64,000 bases of DNA from an uncultured Gemmatimonadaceae bacterium (GTDB taxonomy: Bacteria; Gemmatimonadota; Gemmatimonadetes; Gemmatimonadales; Gemmatimonadaceae), in assembly GCA_963829055.1 (NCBI GenBank), contig CAWHHI010000016.1, positions 480,001-544,000 on the forward strand, given 5' to 3'. Below are positions 10,533 to 23,618 of this stretch, in pieces. Position 1 is the stretch's first letter, and each line of letters opens with the position of its first letter. The notes beneath the pieces were generated by a model. It was not told the origin of the DNA. It saw only the letters and a list, made by a program, of their open reading frames with translations, and did no database searches. A program made the translations under genes and the position numbers.

Positions 10533-11936
10533 GTGACACCGAAGGTCAAGACAGTCTACCGCTGCACCGAGTGTGGCGCCGATCATCCGAAGTGGGCTGG
10601 CCGGTGCGATGTGTGCGGCGAGTGGAACACGCTCGTCGAGGAAACCGCCGCGCCGAAGGTGCGCGCGGCGTTCGGCGGCGGGAACGCGCGGCGTGTCGGC
10701 GGCCATGAATCGTTAGGCGCCGGCGGAACGGTGGTCGAGACGACGCGCATCAGTCACGTCGTCGGCTCCGAATCCGCTCGCGTCCGCACCGGCATCGACG
10801 AATTCGACTTCGTCCTCGGTGGCGGCATCGTGCCGGGGTCCATGGTGCTCGTGGGCGGCGAACCGGGCATCGGCAAGTCGACGATCCTGCTGCAGGTTGC
10901 CGCGCGCGTCACGGAACGTGGTGGACTCACGCTCTATGTCACCGGCGAGGAATCGCCGCTGCAGGTCAAGCTTCGCGCGGATCGCCTCGGAGACGGCAGC
11001 GGGGAGGTGGAGCTGCTGAGCGAGACGCTGCTCGAAACCATTCTCGCCACCGCGACCGCGCGTCAGCCACGAGTCATGATCGTCGACTCGATCCAGACCG
11101 TGTTCACCGGAGATCTCGAAGGCGCGCCGGGGAACGTCGGCCAGGTACGCGAGTGCGCGGCTCGCTTGATGCGCTTCGCGAAAGAATCGGGCACCGCAGT
11201 GATCGTCGTCGGCCACGTGACCAAGGGCGGCGGCATTGCAGGGCCGAAGACGCTCGAGCACATCGTGGACACGGTGCTGTACTTCGAAGGCGACAGTGCG
11301 CTCGACCACCGCGTGCTCAGAGCGACGAAGAATCGGTTCGGAAGTGTCGACGAGATCGGCGTGTTCCGCATGAGCGAGAGTGGACTCTCGCCGGTCGCGA
11401 ACCCGTCAGAGCTGTTCCTCGGCGATCGCCTAACGACCGCCTCCGGAAGCGCGGTGACGGCCCTGCTCGAGGGGACGCGACCAGTGCTGGTGGAAGTGCA
11501 GGCGCTGGCGGCGAAGGCCGGTTTCGGCACCCCACAACGCGTTGCCACGGGATACGACGGGCGTCGACTGGCGTTACTGCTCGCGGTCCTCGACAAGCGC
11601 GCAGGGCTGCCCTTCGCTCAGCTCGACGTCTTTCTGAACATCGTCGGTGGCATTGTCATGCGAGAGCCGGCGGGCGATCTCGCCGTCGCCGCATCGCTTG
11701 CGTCGAGCGTCTTCGATCGTGCGCTGCCAGCGGACGCCGTGTTTCTCGGGGAAGTCGGCCTGGGCGGTGAGATCCGCCCCGTGTCACAATCCGAGCGACG
11801 TCTCGCGGAAGCCGCGAAGATGGGGATGTCCACGGCCTACGTCTCCGAGCGTGGCGTGCCGCGTCGCACGACTGCGGGCATCAAGGCTGTTGGAGTGCGA
11901 ACCGTCAGCGATCTGTTCGCGACCTTGTTCAAATGA
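10533..11936 (+). CDS. radA: DNA repair protein RadA/Sms
   Basis: N-terminal CxxC...CxxC zinc finger, GGEPGIGKST, the KNRFG motif and a Lon-like C-terminus. Confidence 0.97.
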   Translation: MTPKVKTVYRCTECGADHPKWAGRCDVCGEWNTLVEETAAPKVRAAFGGGNARRVGGHESLGAGGTVVETTRISHVVGSESARVRTGIDEFDFVLGGGIVPGSMVLVGGEPGIGKSTILLQVAARVTERGGLTLYVTGEESPLQVKLRADRLGDGSGEVELLSETLLETILATATARQPRVMIVDSIQTVFTGDLEGAPGNVGQVRECAARLMRFAKESGTAVIVVGHVTKGGGIAGPKTLEHIVDTVLYFEGDSALDHRVLRATKNRFGSVDEIGVFRMSESGLSPVANPSELFLGDRLTTASGSAVTALLEGTRPVLVEVQALAAKAGFGTPQRVATGYDGRRLALLLAVLDKRAGLPFAQLDVFLNIVGGIVMREPAGDLAVAASLASSVFDRALPADAVFLGEVGLGGEIRPVSQSERRLAEAAKMGMSTAYVSERGVPRRTTAGIKAVGVRTVSDLFATLFK

Positions 11937-12736
11937 ACGACGAGCACGCGCACGACGACCACCACGATGGCGGCAGGTCACCCGGGCATTTGCCGCGCGA
12001 CGCGACGCCACCCGAACTGCGACACGACGCCAGCGAGTCCGACGCCGCCCTCGCCGATGTCGGCGTTGTCATCGTCGCGGCTGGAAGCGGGAACAGAGTC
12101 GGCGGCAAAGAGCTCAAACAGTTTCGCTGGGTCGGTGGCAAGCCGATGCTGTTGCACAGCGTGCAAATGTTCCAGCAGCGTCGCGATGTTGCAATGGTCG
12201 TCTGCGTACTCCCGAAGGCGTTCGTCGGGGATCCGCCGCCGTGGTTGTTCCAGTGCGACACGGATCGATTGCTCATCTCCGTCGGCGGGCGCGAACGCAC
12301 TGAGTCCGTCGCCAATGGCCTGGAGGATCTGCCTGACGAGGTCAACATCGTGCTCGTGCACGACGCCGCGCGCCCGTTTGTCAGCTCAGCGATGGTCGAT
12401 CGAGTGATCGCCGAAGCGCGGGGTGGTCGCGGCGCTGTCGCGGCGCTGCCGGTTGTCGATACGCTCAAGGAAGTCGACGACGACGGGCGCGTGGTACGCA
12501 CAATCGAGCGGACGCGATTGTGGCGCGCACAAACGCCTCAGGGTTTTCCTCGCGATCTCATCGAGCAGGCGCACGCGCAGGCGCGAGCGGAACGCGTCGT
12601 TGCCACGGACGATGCCGCGCTGTTCGAACGCCTTGGTCTTCCGGTTGTCGTCGTTCGCGGAAGCGAGCGGGCCATGAAGATCACGGACGAGGACGACTTC
12701 GCGCGCGCCGAAGCGCTGTTCACGGTGCCAGAATGA
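11933..12736 (+). CDS. ispD: 2-C-methyl-D-erythritol 4-phosphate cytidylyltransferase
   Basis: AAGSGNR...KQF, LVHDAARP, AQTPQGF, TDDA and KIT. It carries a His/Asp-rich N-terminal extension. Confidence 0.93.
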   Translation: MNDEHAHDDHHDGGRSPGHLPRDATPPELRHDASESDAALADVGVVIVAAGSGNRVGGKELKQFRWVGGKPMLLHSVQMFQQRRDVAMVVCVLPKAFVGDPPPWLFQCDTDRLLISVGGRERTESVANGLEDLPDEVNIVLVHDAARPFVSSAMVDRVIAEARGGRGAVAALPVVDTLKEVDDDGRVVRTIERTRLWRAQTPQGFPRDLIEQAHAQARAERVVATDDAALFERLGLPVVVVRGSERAMKITDEDDFARAEALFTVPE

Positions 12737-13407
12737 GCCCCACCGGTCCGGCGGCAATTCCATTCTGGTCTCCGGCGGAGATCGAAGCCGCCATCGCGAA
12801 GACGATCGTCCATCTGCAGTCGGGCGGCGTGCTCGCGTATCCAACGGAAACCGTGTACGGGTTCGGTGGCGCCGTCGACCACGATTCGGTCGAGCGACTG
12901 GTGAAGCTCAAGCGTCGGCCGAGTGCGAAGCCGTTCCTGCTGCTCATCTCGAGCAGTGACATGATCTCGCGTCTTGGGCTGCATCTCACGAGCTCCGCGG
13001 CGCGGATCGCGGCGCGCCATTGGCCCGGGCCGGTGACGCTCGTCCTGCCCGGTGGCGAGCGACGCGTGCCGGCGCGGCTCCGTGGGCCAGAAGGCGGCGT
13101 CGCGGTACGCTGGACGCCGCACCCCGGACTCACGCGCTTGATTCAGGCGTACGGCGATCCCATCACGTCGACGAGCGCGAACAGACCGGGGGTACCGCCC
13201 GCAATGTCAGCGACCGAGATTTTGGAACAGTGGGGCGATGCCGTGACGCGAGGTACCATCCGCGTCCTGGACGGGGGCCGTCTCTCGCCGTCGGATCCGT
13301 CGACGGTCATCGATTGCACGGGGCAGCGGCCACGAGTCATTCGCCCCGGCGCGATTCCCGCCTCGACGTTGCGCGAGAGCGCACCGGACCTCATTGGAGA
13401 TGTGTGA
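12733..13407 (+). CDS. tsaC: L-threonylcarbamoyladenylate synthase (TsaC/YrdC domain)
   Basis: YPTETVYG, HWPGPVTLVL, STSANRPG and PSTVID. The ATG at 12733 overlaps the ispD stop. Confidence 0.9.
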   Translation: MSPTGPAAIPFWSPAEIEAAIAKTIVHLQSGGVLAYPTETVYGFGGAVDHDSVERLVKLKRRPSAKPFLLLISSSDMISRLGLHLTSSAARIAARHWPGPVTLVLPGGERRVPARLRGPEGGVAVRWTPHPGLTRLIQAYGDPITSTSANRPGVPPAMSATEILEQWGDAVTRGTIRVLDGGRLSPSDPSTVIDCTGQRPRVIRPGAIPASTLRESAPDLIGDV

Positions 13408-13413
13408 GCGCGA

Positions 13414-13884
13414 ATGAAGATCCTGTTCGTTTGCACGGGTAACACCTGCCGCAGCGCCATGGCCGAGGCAATTGCCCGGCGTGAGGCGATCGAGCGCGGT
13501 CTGATGGACTTCGACGTATCGAGTGCTGGCACGAGCGCCTGGGACGACGCGCCGGCCTCGGACGGTTCGCTGCTCGTCGCTCTCGAGCACGGCGTCGACC
13601 TGGGTGAGCACCGAGCGCGGCAACTCACACGCGAGATCGTGGCGGACCAGGACGTCATTCTCGTGATGGGCCCGCACCATCTGGAGCGCGCGGAGGCACT
13701 CGGCGGCGAGTCGAAGTCGCATCTGCTGGCGCACTACGCGGCGCACGGGTCGAGCGACCGCGCGGTGAGCGATCCGTTTGGCGGTGACCTCGAGGTCTAC
13801 CGCGCCACGTACGAGGAGCTCGAACGCGAAATCAAGCGCGTGTTCGATCGAATCGCAGCCGAGCAGGCACCGGGCGCGTCGTGA
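13414..13884 (+). CDS. Low-molecular-weight protein phosphatase, YwlE (arginine phosphatase)-like
   Basis: Active-site loop FVCTGNTCRS, plus SAGT and DPFGG. Confidence 0.88.
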   Translation: MKILFVCTGNTCRSAMAEAIARREAIERGLMDFDVSSAGTSAWDDAPASDGSLLVALEHGVDLGEHRARQLTREIVADQDVILVMGPHHLERAEALGGESKSHLLAHYAAHGSSDRAVSDPFGGDLEVYRATYEELEREIKRVFDRIAAEQAPGAS

Positions 13885-14687
13885 GGCCGTTGCCGGGCCG
13901 CCTCGTCCTTCTCGGGCACCCGGTCGATCACTCGTTGTCCCCGACGTTCCAAAACGCTGCGCTCTCGAGCGCAGCGTTGCCGCTCCGGTACGAAGCACTC
14001 GACGTTGCGCCCGAGCAGCTCGACACGACGCTCGACGCGCTCATCGCGGCACGCGCGTCAGGCAACGTCACGATCCCGCACAAGGAACGCGTCGCCGTAC
14101 GCTGTGCGCGCCTAACGCCGCTGGCCGAACGCGTCGGAGCGGTGAACACGTTCTGGGTCGAGGACGGCGCGCTCAGTGGCGACAACACGGACGTCGGCGG
14201 ATTTCTCGAGCTGCTCGCCGCGACCGCGCCGGATGTGGACCGCTCGCAACCTGTCGCAGTGCTTGGTGCGGGCGGAGCAGCCGCCGGCGTTCTTGCCGCA
14301 CTGGAGCAGGAGCGTTTCGACGACGTCCGTGTGTACGCGCGAACGAGAACGCGCGCCGACGCGCTGTGTGCGCGGTTTCCTGCTTCGCACGCGGTCGCCG
14401 ACCTCGGGCAAGCAATGCGTGGTGCGGCGCTCGTCGTGAACGCGACGCCGCTCGGGCTCGATGGGCAATCGTTGCCGTTCGACGTCGCACTCCTCGAACA
14501 ACGCGCGGTCGTGCTCGACCTCGTCGTGCATCGTGGCGAAACGCCGCTGGTGCGCGCCGCACGAGCGAGAGGCCATCGCGCCGCGGACGGACTGGATATG
14601 CTGCTGGGGCAAGGCGCGCTCGCGTTCGAGCGTTGGTTCGGTATCGCCCCGGATCGCGATGTCATGCGAGCATCAGTCGCGCGCTAG
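13881..14687 (+). CDS. aroE: Shikimate dehydrogenase
   Basis: GHPVDHSLSP, NVTIPHK, GAVNT, NTDVGG, GAGGAA and DGLDMLLGQG. Confidence 0.93.
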   Translation: MRPLPGRLVLLGHPVDHSLSPTFQNAALSSAALPLRYEALDVAPEQLDTTLDALIAARASGNVTIPHKERVAVRCARLTPLAERVGAVNTFWVEDGALSGDNTDVGGFLELLAATAPDVDRSQPVAVLGAGGAAAGVLAALEQERFDDVRVYARTRTRADALCARFPASHAVADLGQAMRGAALVVNATPLGLDGQSLPFDVALLEQRAVVLDLVVHRGETPLVRAARARGHRAADGLDMLLGQGALAFERWFGIAPDRDVMRASVAR

Positions 14688-14696
14688 CACGCGATA

Positions 14697-16510
<1,814 letters not shown>

Positions 16511-16525
16511 ACGAGCCAGTCGGTA

Positions 16526-16549
16526 GCCATCGGCCATCAGCCATCAGCC
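16526..16549 (+). repeat. Short heptamer tandem repeat, about 3 copies of GCCATC(A/G)
   Basis: agccatcggccatcagccatcagcc between gap and pgk. Confidence 0.6.
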
Positions 16550-16557
16550 CAAACGGC

Positions 16558-17762
16558 GTGATTTCCAAGCGAACCATCCGAGATCTCACCGACGCCGAAG
16601 TGCGCGGAAAACGTGCACTCGTGCGCGTGGACTTCAACGTGCCGCTCGATGACAGCGGCGCCGTCACGGACGACACGCGAATCCGCGCGGCGCTGCCCAC
16701 CATCGACGCGCTGGTGAGCCGCGGCGCGCGGGTTGTGTTGCTATCACATCTTGGACGTCCGAAAGGGAAAGCCCGAGGCGAAGTATTCGCTCGCGCCCGT
16801 CGCGAAGCGTCTCGGCGAGCTGACGTCGCACCCGGTGCGGTTCGTCGCTGCACTCGACGGCGACGACGCCGTCGCGGCAACGCGCGCGCTGACCGATGGG
16901 CAAATTCTGTTGCTGGAGAACACGAGATTCTCTTCCGGCGAGGAGAAGAACGACGACGCGCTCGCGCAGTCACTCGCCCGCCTCGGCGATCTCTACGTGA
17001 ACGATGCGTTCGGCGCCGCGCACCGCGCGCATTCGTCCACGGCGGGCGTCGCGAAGCACCTGCACCCAGCCGTGGCCGGCTTGCTCATGGAGAAGGAGCT
17101 CGAATACCTGGGCGCGGCGCTGACCGATCCGCAGCGGCCGTTCATCGCCGTGCTCGGTGGCTCGAAGATCTCGGGGAAGATCGACGTCATCGAGGCGTTG
17201 CTGCCGAAAGTCGACGGACTGCTCATTGGCGGCGCGATGGCGAACACGTTCTACAAGGCGATGGGGCTCGAGACGGGCAAGTCACTGGTCGAGCCGGATC
17301 GCGTCGAGCTCGCGAAGTCGTTGCTCGATCGTGCGCGCGTACCGACTGACGCTGCCTCACGACGCGATCGTGGCGGCGTCGCTGGATCAACCTAACGCCG
17401 CCCATGCCGTTCGGCGCGACGGCATTCCGCCTAACGAAGCCATGTACGACATTGGCCCGGATACGATACGGTCGTATAGCCGGGCGATCGCCACGGCGAA
17501 GACGATCCTGTGGAACGGGCCGATGGGCGTGTTCGAGAAGCCGCCGTTCGACGCCGGAACAAACGCGGTCGCGCAAGCGATGGCCGAGGCCACCGGTCGC
17601 GGCGCCACGACGATCGTCGGCGGCGGCGATTCCGCGGCGGCCGTGACGGAGGCAGGGCTCGAGAAGCGCATGAGCCACGTGTCCACTGGTGGCGGCGCCT
17701 CGCTCGAGTTCCTCGAGGGCAAGCCGCTGCCCGGGGTCGACGCCCTGGAGGATCGCCGGTGA
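16558..17762 (+). CDS. pgk: Phosphoglycerate kinase, with two +1 frameshifts (near 16768 and 17340)
   Basis: RVDFNVP and SHLGRP are in the first frame. [18 protein letters not shown] and GGSKISGK are in the second. [14 protein letters not shown] and [15 protein letters not shown] are in the third. Confidence 0.94.
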
Positions 17763-18515
17763 TGCTTCGCAAGCCGGTGTTCGCCGCGAACTGGAAAATG
17801 AACCACGGTCCGACGGACGCGAAGGCGTTCCTCCGGACGTTTCTCGTTCATTACGCGCGTCGTACCGATCGCTCGGTCGTGTTCTTTCCGCCGGCGCTCA
17901 CGCTGCACGCCGTGACGGAGGCGCTTCGCGACCGCCCGGACATCATCGTCGGTGTGCAGAACATTCACTGGGAACCGAAAGGCGCGTTCACCGGCGAGCT
18001 CTCTGCCGCCATCGCACGGGACGCAAGCGCGCGCATGGTGCTGGTCGGCCACTCCGAGCGACGCCACATCTTCGGCGAAACGGACGAGCAGACCGGACTC
18101 AAATGCGCTGCCGTGGTCGCAGCCGGCCTAACGCCGATGCTCTGCGTCGGGGAGAAGCTCGAAGAGCGCGAGCGCGGCAGCGCCGAAGCAATTGTGATCC
18201 GTCAACTGCGGGCCGGGTTCGCCGGTGTGCAGCCGGCGCAGATCGCCAACGCGCTCGTGGCGTACGAGCCGGTGTGGGCCATCGGCACGGGGCGCACGGC
18301 CTCGCCGAGTGATGCCTCGTCGATGCACGCCGTCGTGCGCCGCGTATTGAAGGAGCTCGCCGGCGATCGCGCGGCGCACCATTCCCGTGCTCTATGGGGG
18401 AAGTGTGAGTCGCGGCAACGTCGCCGAGCTCATCGCGACGCCCGAAGTCGACGGCGTGCTCGTCGGCGGAGCGAGCCTGGACGCGGACGGGTGGGCGACG
18501 ATCGTGCGGGCTTGA
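17762..18515 (+). CDS. tpiA: Triosephosphate isomerase, with a +1 frameshift near 18377
   Basis: ANWKMN, GAFTGE, GHSERR and [11 protein letters not shown]. After the shift it reads IPVLYGGSV...[11 protein letters not shown] to TGA at 18513-18515. Confidence 0.94.
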
Positions 18516-18659
18516 GCCCAGCGGTTTTGCGGATCGGCGACCGGCGAAGAATGGACGTATGGAAATCGCTGCCACGGACGCGGTTGGGTTGACCAGCAAC
18601 ACTCGTCCCAGCGATATTACGCGGCTGCATTTCCTACCGTCCCGAACCGTCCCAAGCGC

Positions 18660-19079
18660 ATGCTGTACACGTTTCTCGTCATTCTGCTGATTCTCGACAG
18701 CGTTATTCTGGTCGTCGCCATCCTGCTCCAGAGCGGGAAGGGAGGCGGTCTCGCCGCGAGCTTCGGCGGAGCCACGTCGGCCGCGGATTCGCTGATCGGC
18801 ACTCGCCAGGCGGGGAACCTGCTCACGCGGGCGAGCTGGACCTGCGGTGGGATCTTCCTCTTCCTCGCGTTCGTGCTCCAGATCGCGTCGGCGCGCACCC
18901 GGGTTCCGGCCTCGGTGCTGGATAAGTCGTTGACCGCGCCCGCACCGGCCGCGCCGGCCCCGGTGAATCCGAAGGCGAATCCGGCGGTGCCGCTCGAGGC
19001 CGCGCCGAAGACAGCGACGCCACCAACGACGCCTCCTCCGACGACGCCGGCTCCTAAGGCGCCTCAGCCGAAGCCGTAG
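18660..19079 (+). CDS. secG: Preprotein translocase subunit SecG with a Pro-rich tail
   Basis: Two TM helices with ILLQSGKGGGLAASFGG, in the tpiA-secG gene order. Confidence 0.92.
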   Translation: MLYTFLVILLILDSVILVVAILLQSGKGGGLAASFGGATSAADSLIGTRQAGNLLTRASWTCGGIFLFLAFVLQIASARTRVPASVLDKSLTAPAPAAPAPVNPKANPAVPLEAAPKTATPPTTPPPTTPAPKAPQPKP

Positions 19080-19089
19080 CGGCGCTCCG

Positions 19090-20206
19090 GTGACCGACCA
19101 GCGCTCCGTACCAGGGTTCCTCCTCCTCGAGGACGGAACCCTTTTTCGCGGCCGACTCGCGACGCCGATGGCTCCGGCCGTGGCCGAGGTCGTGTTCACG
19201 ACGAACATGACCGGCTACCAGGAGGTGTATTCCGACCCCTCCTACCAAAGCCAGATCGTCGTGATGACTACGCCGATGATCGGCAACTACGGCATCAACA
19301 CGGAGGACCCCGAGTCCGCCGCGCCGCAGGTTGCCGGTGTCGTGCTCCGCGAGCTCTCGCGCAACTACTCCAACTGGAGAGCATCGGGCGACCTGCGTAG
19401 CTGGCTCACGGCGGCGAACGTGCCGATTCTCGAGGGTGTCGACACTCGGCGCCTCACGCGGCATTTCCGCTCGGTTGGCGTCATGCGCGGCGTCATCGGT
19501 CATGGAGAGACGCCGGACGCCGTGGCGCAGGCGGCGCTCGACGCGTGCCCGAGCATGGAGGGGTTGGACCTCGCGTCCCGTGTCACTACGCGTGTCGAGT
19601 ACGCGTGGGGCGACCCGCGTTCCTCCACCCACATCATCGCCTACGATTTCGGCATCAAGCGCAACATCCTGCGCCTGTTCGAAGCCGAAGGCTGCCGAGT
19701 TACCGTGGTGCCGGCAACGACGTCTGCGGCGGAAGTGCTGGAGCGATCGCCAGATGGCGTGTTCCTGAGCAATGGCCCGGGCGATCCGGCCGCCGTCGCC
19801 TACGCGCCGGAAATGATCCGCGGCATTGCCGCGGCCGGTGTTCCGATGTTCGGCATTTGCCTCGGCCACCAACTCCTTGGGCTCACGTTCGGCGGGGAGA
19901 CGGTGAAGATGTCGTACGGCCATCGGGGTGGAAATCACCCGGTCAAGGAACTCTCGAGCGGGCGCGTGCTCATCACGTCACAGAACCACGGCTTCGCCGT
20001 ACGTGGCGATGAGGCCGGTGTACCTGGTGCTCCCGAGCTCGAGGTCACCCACGTGAACCTCAATGACGGCACCGTGGAGGGGCTCAAGCACCGCGAACAG
20101 CCAATCTTCGCGGTCCAGTATCATCCCGAGGCTGCCCCTGGGCCCGCACGATGCGCGTCCGCTGTTCCACGAGTTCATGGACACAGTCCGCAAGACGCGA
20201 GTCTAG
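19090..20206 (+). CDS. carA: Carbamoyl-phosphate synthase small subunit, with a +1 frameshift near 20143
   Basis: LEDGTLF, EVVFTTNMTGYQE, LSNGPGDP, GICLGHQ, SQNHGF and QYHPEAAPG. After the shift it reads PHDARPLF to TAG at 20204-20206. Confidence 0.93.
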
Positions 20207-20310
20207 GCCGCGTCCCGCGATCTATTAGATCGGCACGTCGGCAGGCTCTGCCACGAAAGGACGACGACGACAGCGGGTGTTTCGAGAGCCGGCTCAAGTG
20301 AGCCAAGCGC

Positions 20311-20339
20311 TTGACACACAACGTTTAACGGCCTAGTTT
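20311..20339 (+). promoter_or_regulatory. Sigma70-type promoter for the HU/IHF gene
   Basis: TTGACA-N17-TAGTTT. Confidence 0.7.
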
Positions 20340-20387
20340 CGAGCCGTTGATCATCCGTTCCGAACGCGTCTCTCTCGAGGCCCATCA

Positions 20388-20708
20388 ATGACGAAAGCCG
20401 ACTTGGTCGAGCGAGTCACCGCGCAGATTTCTCAAACTGCGGGACCGATGATCTCCAAGAAGGATTGCGCGCGCGTCGTGGATTCGTTCCTCGATGCGAT
20501 CAAAGAGGCGCTTCAACAGCAGAAGAACATTGAAGTCCGCGGGTTCGGGACGTTCAAGATCCGCCAGCGCAAAACGCGAATGGCTCGCAATCCCCGAACT
20601 GGTTCTCCTGTCGAAGTTTCCGCGCGTCCGGTCCCCGTGTTCAAGCCGTCCAAGGAGCTTCGCGCGATGGTTGCTGGCGCAGAGTACGCGGAAGAATTCG
20701 AGGACTGA
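20388..20708 (+). CDS. HU/IHF family DNA-binding protein
   Basis: MTKADLV...IEVRGFGTF...ARNPRTG...FKPSKELR. Confidence 0.95.
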   Translation: MTKADLVERVTAQISQTAGPMISKKDCARVVDSFLDAIKEALQQQKNIEVRGFGTFKIRQRKTRMARNPRTGSPVEVSARPVPVFKPSKELRAMVAGAEYAEEFED

Positions 20709-20740
20709 CCACTCGTAAGGCGATGTGGTCGAGAGTATTG

Positions 20741-20768
20741 CCGGCGCTCCCATGCGCCGGTTTTTTTT
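20741..20768 (+). terminator. Rho-independent terminator
   Basis: Hairpin CCGGCGC-TCCCAT-GCGCCGG followed by T8. Confidence 0.88.
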
Positions 20769-20818
20769 CGCGTATGACGGCGACCCACGTGGGCAGCGCT
20801 TATATTCGTTCACCGCTG

Positions 20819-21061
20819 ATGACCGTAACAGTTTTGCTCTTCGCCTCTTACGCCGACGCGCTCGGAACGTCCGCGATCCAGCTCGATCTGCCAGGCGGGT
20901 CGACGATTCGCGACGTTCTGGGCACGCTCGCGTCAATGCCCGGTGGGCACCGGCTGCCGCCGCGGCCCCTGGTCGCGATCAACGAGCAATACGCGACGCT
21001 GCAGTCGGAGCTCCGAGGTGGGGAGGAGGTCGCGGTCATTCCTCCGGTCGCCGGCGGCTGA
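20819..21061 (+). CDS. moaD: Molybdopterin synthase sulfur carrier subunit
   Basis: VTVLLFA...VAIN...EVAVIPPVAGG with the C-terminal di-Gly. Confidence 0.92.
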   Translation: MTVTVLLFASYADALGTSAIQLDLPGGSTIRDVLGTLASMPGGHRLPPRPLVAINEQYATLQSELRGGEEVAVIPPVAGG

Positions 21062-21607
21062 TGCGCGTCGCCCTGGTAGATCGCGAGATCGACGTGGCCG
21101 CCCTGATCGCCGAGGTCAGCGACCACACGTGCGGCGCATCTACTGTCTTTCTCGGCTGCGTCCGCGACGTGAACGATGGGCGTGCCGTCACAGCCATCGA
21201 ATACTCGGCGTATCGCTCCATGGCGGAGCGCCGAGATGGCCGCGATCGCGAACGAAGCGCAGGAAGCGTTTGGAGTGTCGCGATTGGTCATCGAGCATCG
21301 ACTCGGAACGCTGGCACTTGGCGAAGTCAGCGTCGCGGTGGTCGCGGCGCATCCGCATCGGGCGCCCGCGCTGGACGCAAACCGTTACGCCATCGAGGAG
21401 TTGAAGCGTCGAGTTCCCATCTGGAAGCTCGAGCACTACGTCGACGGAACGCGCGAATGGGTCGGAGCAGGAACCGGGAAGCCGCAACCAGGCACCAGCG
21501 ACCCAAGGCAGCATGGCGATTCATCGTCAGGCGACTCATCGTCAAGCGTTGACGGCCATTCCACGGGTTCGCGCTCGGACGAGGTGTCCGCCGAGGTGTT
21601 TCCATGA
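21061..21607 (+). CDS. moaE: Molybdopterin synthase catalytic subunit, with a +1 frameshift near 21230
   Basis: GASTVFLGCVR...IEYSAY, then HRLGTLALGE...AHPHR...LKRRVPIWKLE in the next frame. Confidence 0.9.
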
Positions 21608-22587
21608 ACGCGGCGCTCAAGGACCAATTCGGACGCAGCATCGAGTATCTGCGGATCTCGGTGACAGATCGCTGCAACTTCCGCTGTCTGTATTGCATGC
21701 CGGCGGAAGGGCTTCCGTGGCTGCCGAAAGCCGAGATTCTGTCGTACGAGGAAATTGCTGGCGTTGTCGGTCAGCTCGCACCGCTGGGATTACGCCGGCT
21801 GCGCATCACCGGCGGTGAGCCGACGATCCGGCCGAATCTCGAACGGCTCATACGCTTGCTTCGCGCCGTTCCGGAAATTCAGGATATCGCGCTCTCGACG
21901 AATGGCGTGAAGCTTCCGGAGCTCGCGCCCGTGCTGCAGGACGCAGGACTCGACCGCCTGAACATGAGCGCCGACAGTCTCCGGCCTGAACGCGTCGCGG
22001 CGATTGCTCGTCGGAACCTGGGGCTCGATCCCGTCGCGGCGGCCCTCGCTGCCGAGCGCGCGGGCATCGGCCCGATCAAGATCAATGTCGTGGTGATGCG
22101 CGGCATCAATGACGATGAGATCATCGACTTCGCACGCCTGACGCTCGAGCACGCGTGGCACGTGCGATTCATCGAGCTCATGCCCGTTGGTGAGATGAGC
22201 GGCCTCACGTGGGAGCACGTCGTTCCGAGCGATGAAGTGCTGTCCCGCGTCGCGACGCTGGGCGCGCTGACGCCGGACGACGGCCCCGCGCGCGGAAATG
22301 GGCCGGCGACCTACTACAAGCTGTCGTCCGGACTCGGCACGATTGGCGTGATCACGCCAATGACGCATACCTACTGTGGCACGTGCAATCGCGTCCGATT
22401 GACGGCTGACGGTCGACTCCGCACGTGCCTGTTCGGTGATCACGAAGTGCTTCTACGCGATGCCCTGCGTGCAGGCGAGCCGCTGGAGCCGTTGTTTCGC
22501 CAGGCGCTTGCCGAGAAGCCAAAGGAGCATGCGCTCCTGCAGATGAAAGTTGGCGGCCTTCGCGCGCTCTCGCAGGTCGGCGGTTGA
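21604..22587 (+). CDS. moaA: GTP 3',8-cyclase (radical SAM)
   Basis: LRISVTDRCNFRCLYCM, TGGEP, CGTCNRVRLTADG...TCLF and a C-terminal GG. Confidence 0.96.
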   Translation: MNAALKDQFGRSIEYLRISVTDRCNFRCLYCMPAEGLPWLPKAEILSYEEIAGVVGQLAPLGLRRLRITGGEPTIRPNLERLIRLLRAVPEIQDIALSTNGVKLPELAPVLQDAGLDRLNMSADSLRPERVAAIARRNLGLDPVAAALAAERAGIGPIKINVVVMRGINDDEIIDFARLTLEHAWHVRFIELMPVGEMSGLTWEHVVPSDEVLSRVATLGALTPDDGPARGNGPATYYKLSSGLGTIGVITPMTHTYCGTCNRVRLTADGRLRTCLFGDHEVLLRDALRAGEPLEPLFRQALAEKPKEHALLQMKVGGLRALSQVGG

Positions 22588-22600
22588 GTACGGCGCGCGT

Positions 22601-22629
22601 TTGTAGCTCGCTCGCGGCCGGACTAGTTT
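22601..22629 (+). promoter_or_regulatory. Possible sigma70-type promoter for mdh-sdh
   Basis: TTGTAG-N17-TAGTTT. Confidence 0.45.
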
Positions 22630-22649
22630 TGCCGTACCGGATCAACTAA

Positions 22650-23597
<948 letters not shown>

Positions 23598-23618
23598 GCG
23601 GGTTATCCCCAGGTTGAC

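Noticed and set aside
16760..17345. Programmed ribosomal frameshifting in pgk (or a pgk-tpi fusion) and other genes
   Set aside because: There is no shared slippery sequence or stimulatory structure. pgk ends at TGA overlapping the tpiA ATG, and uniform single-base insertions fit sequencing error better.
18516..19089. tRNA gene near secG
   Set aside because: I saw no cloverleaf or T-loop signature, and carA starts 10 bp after secG.
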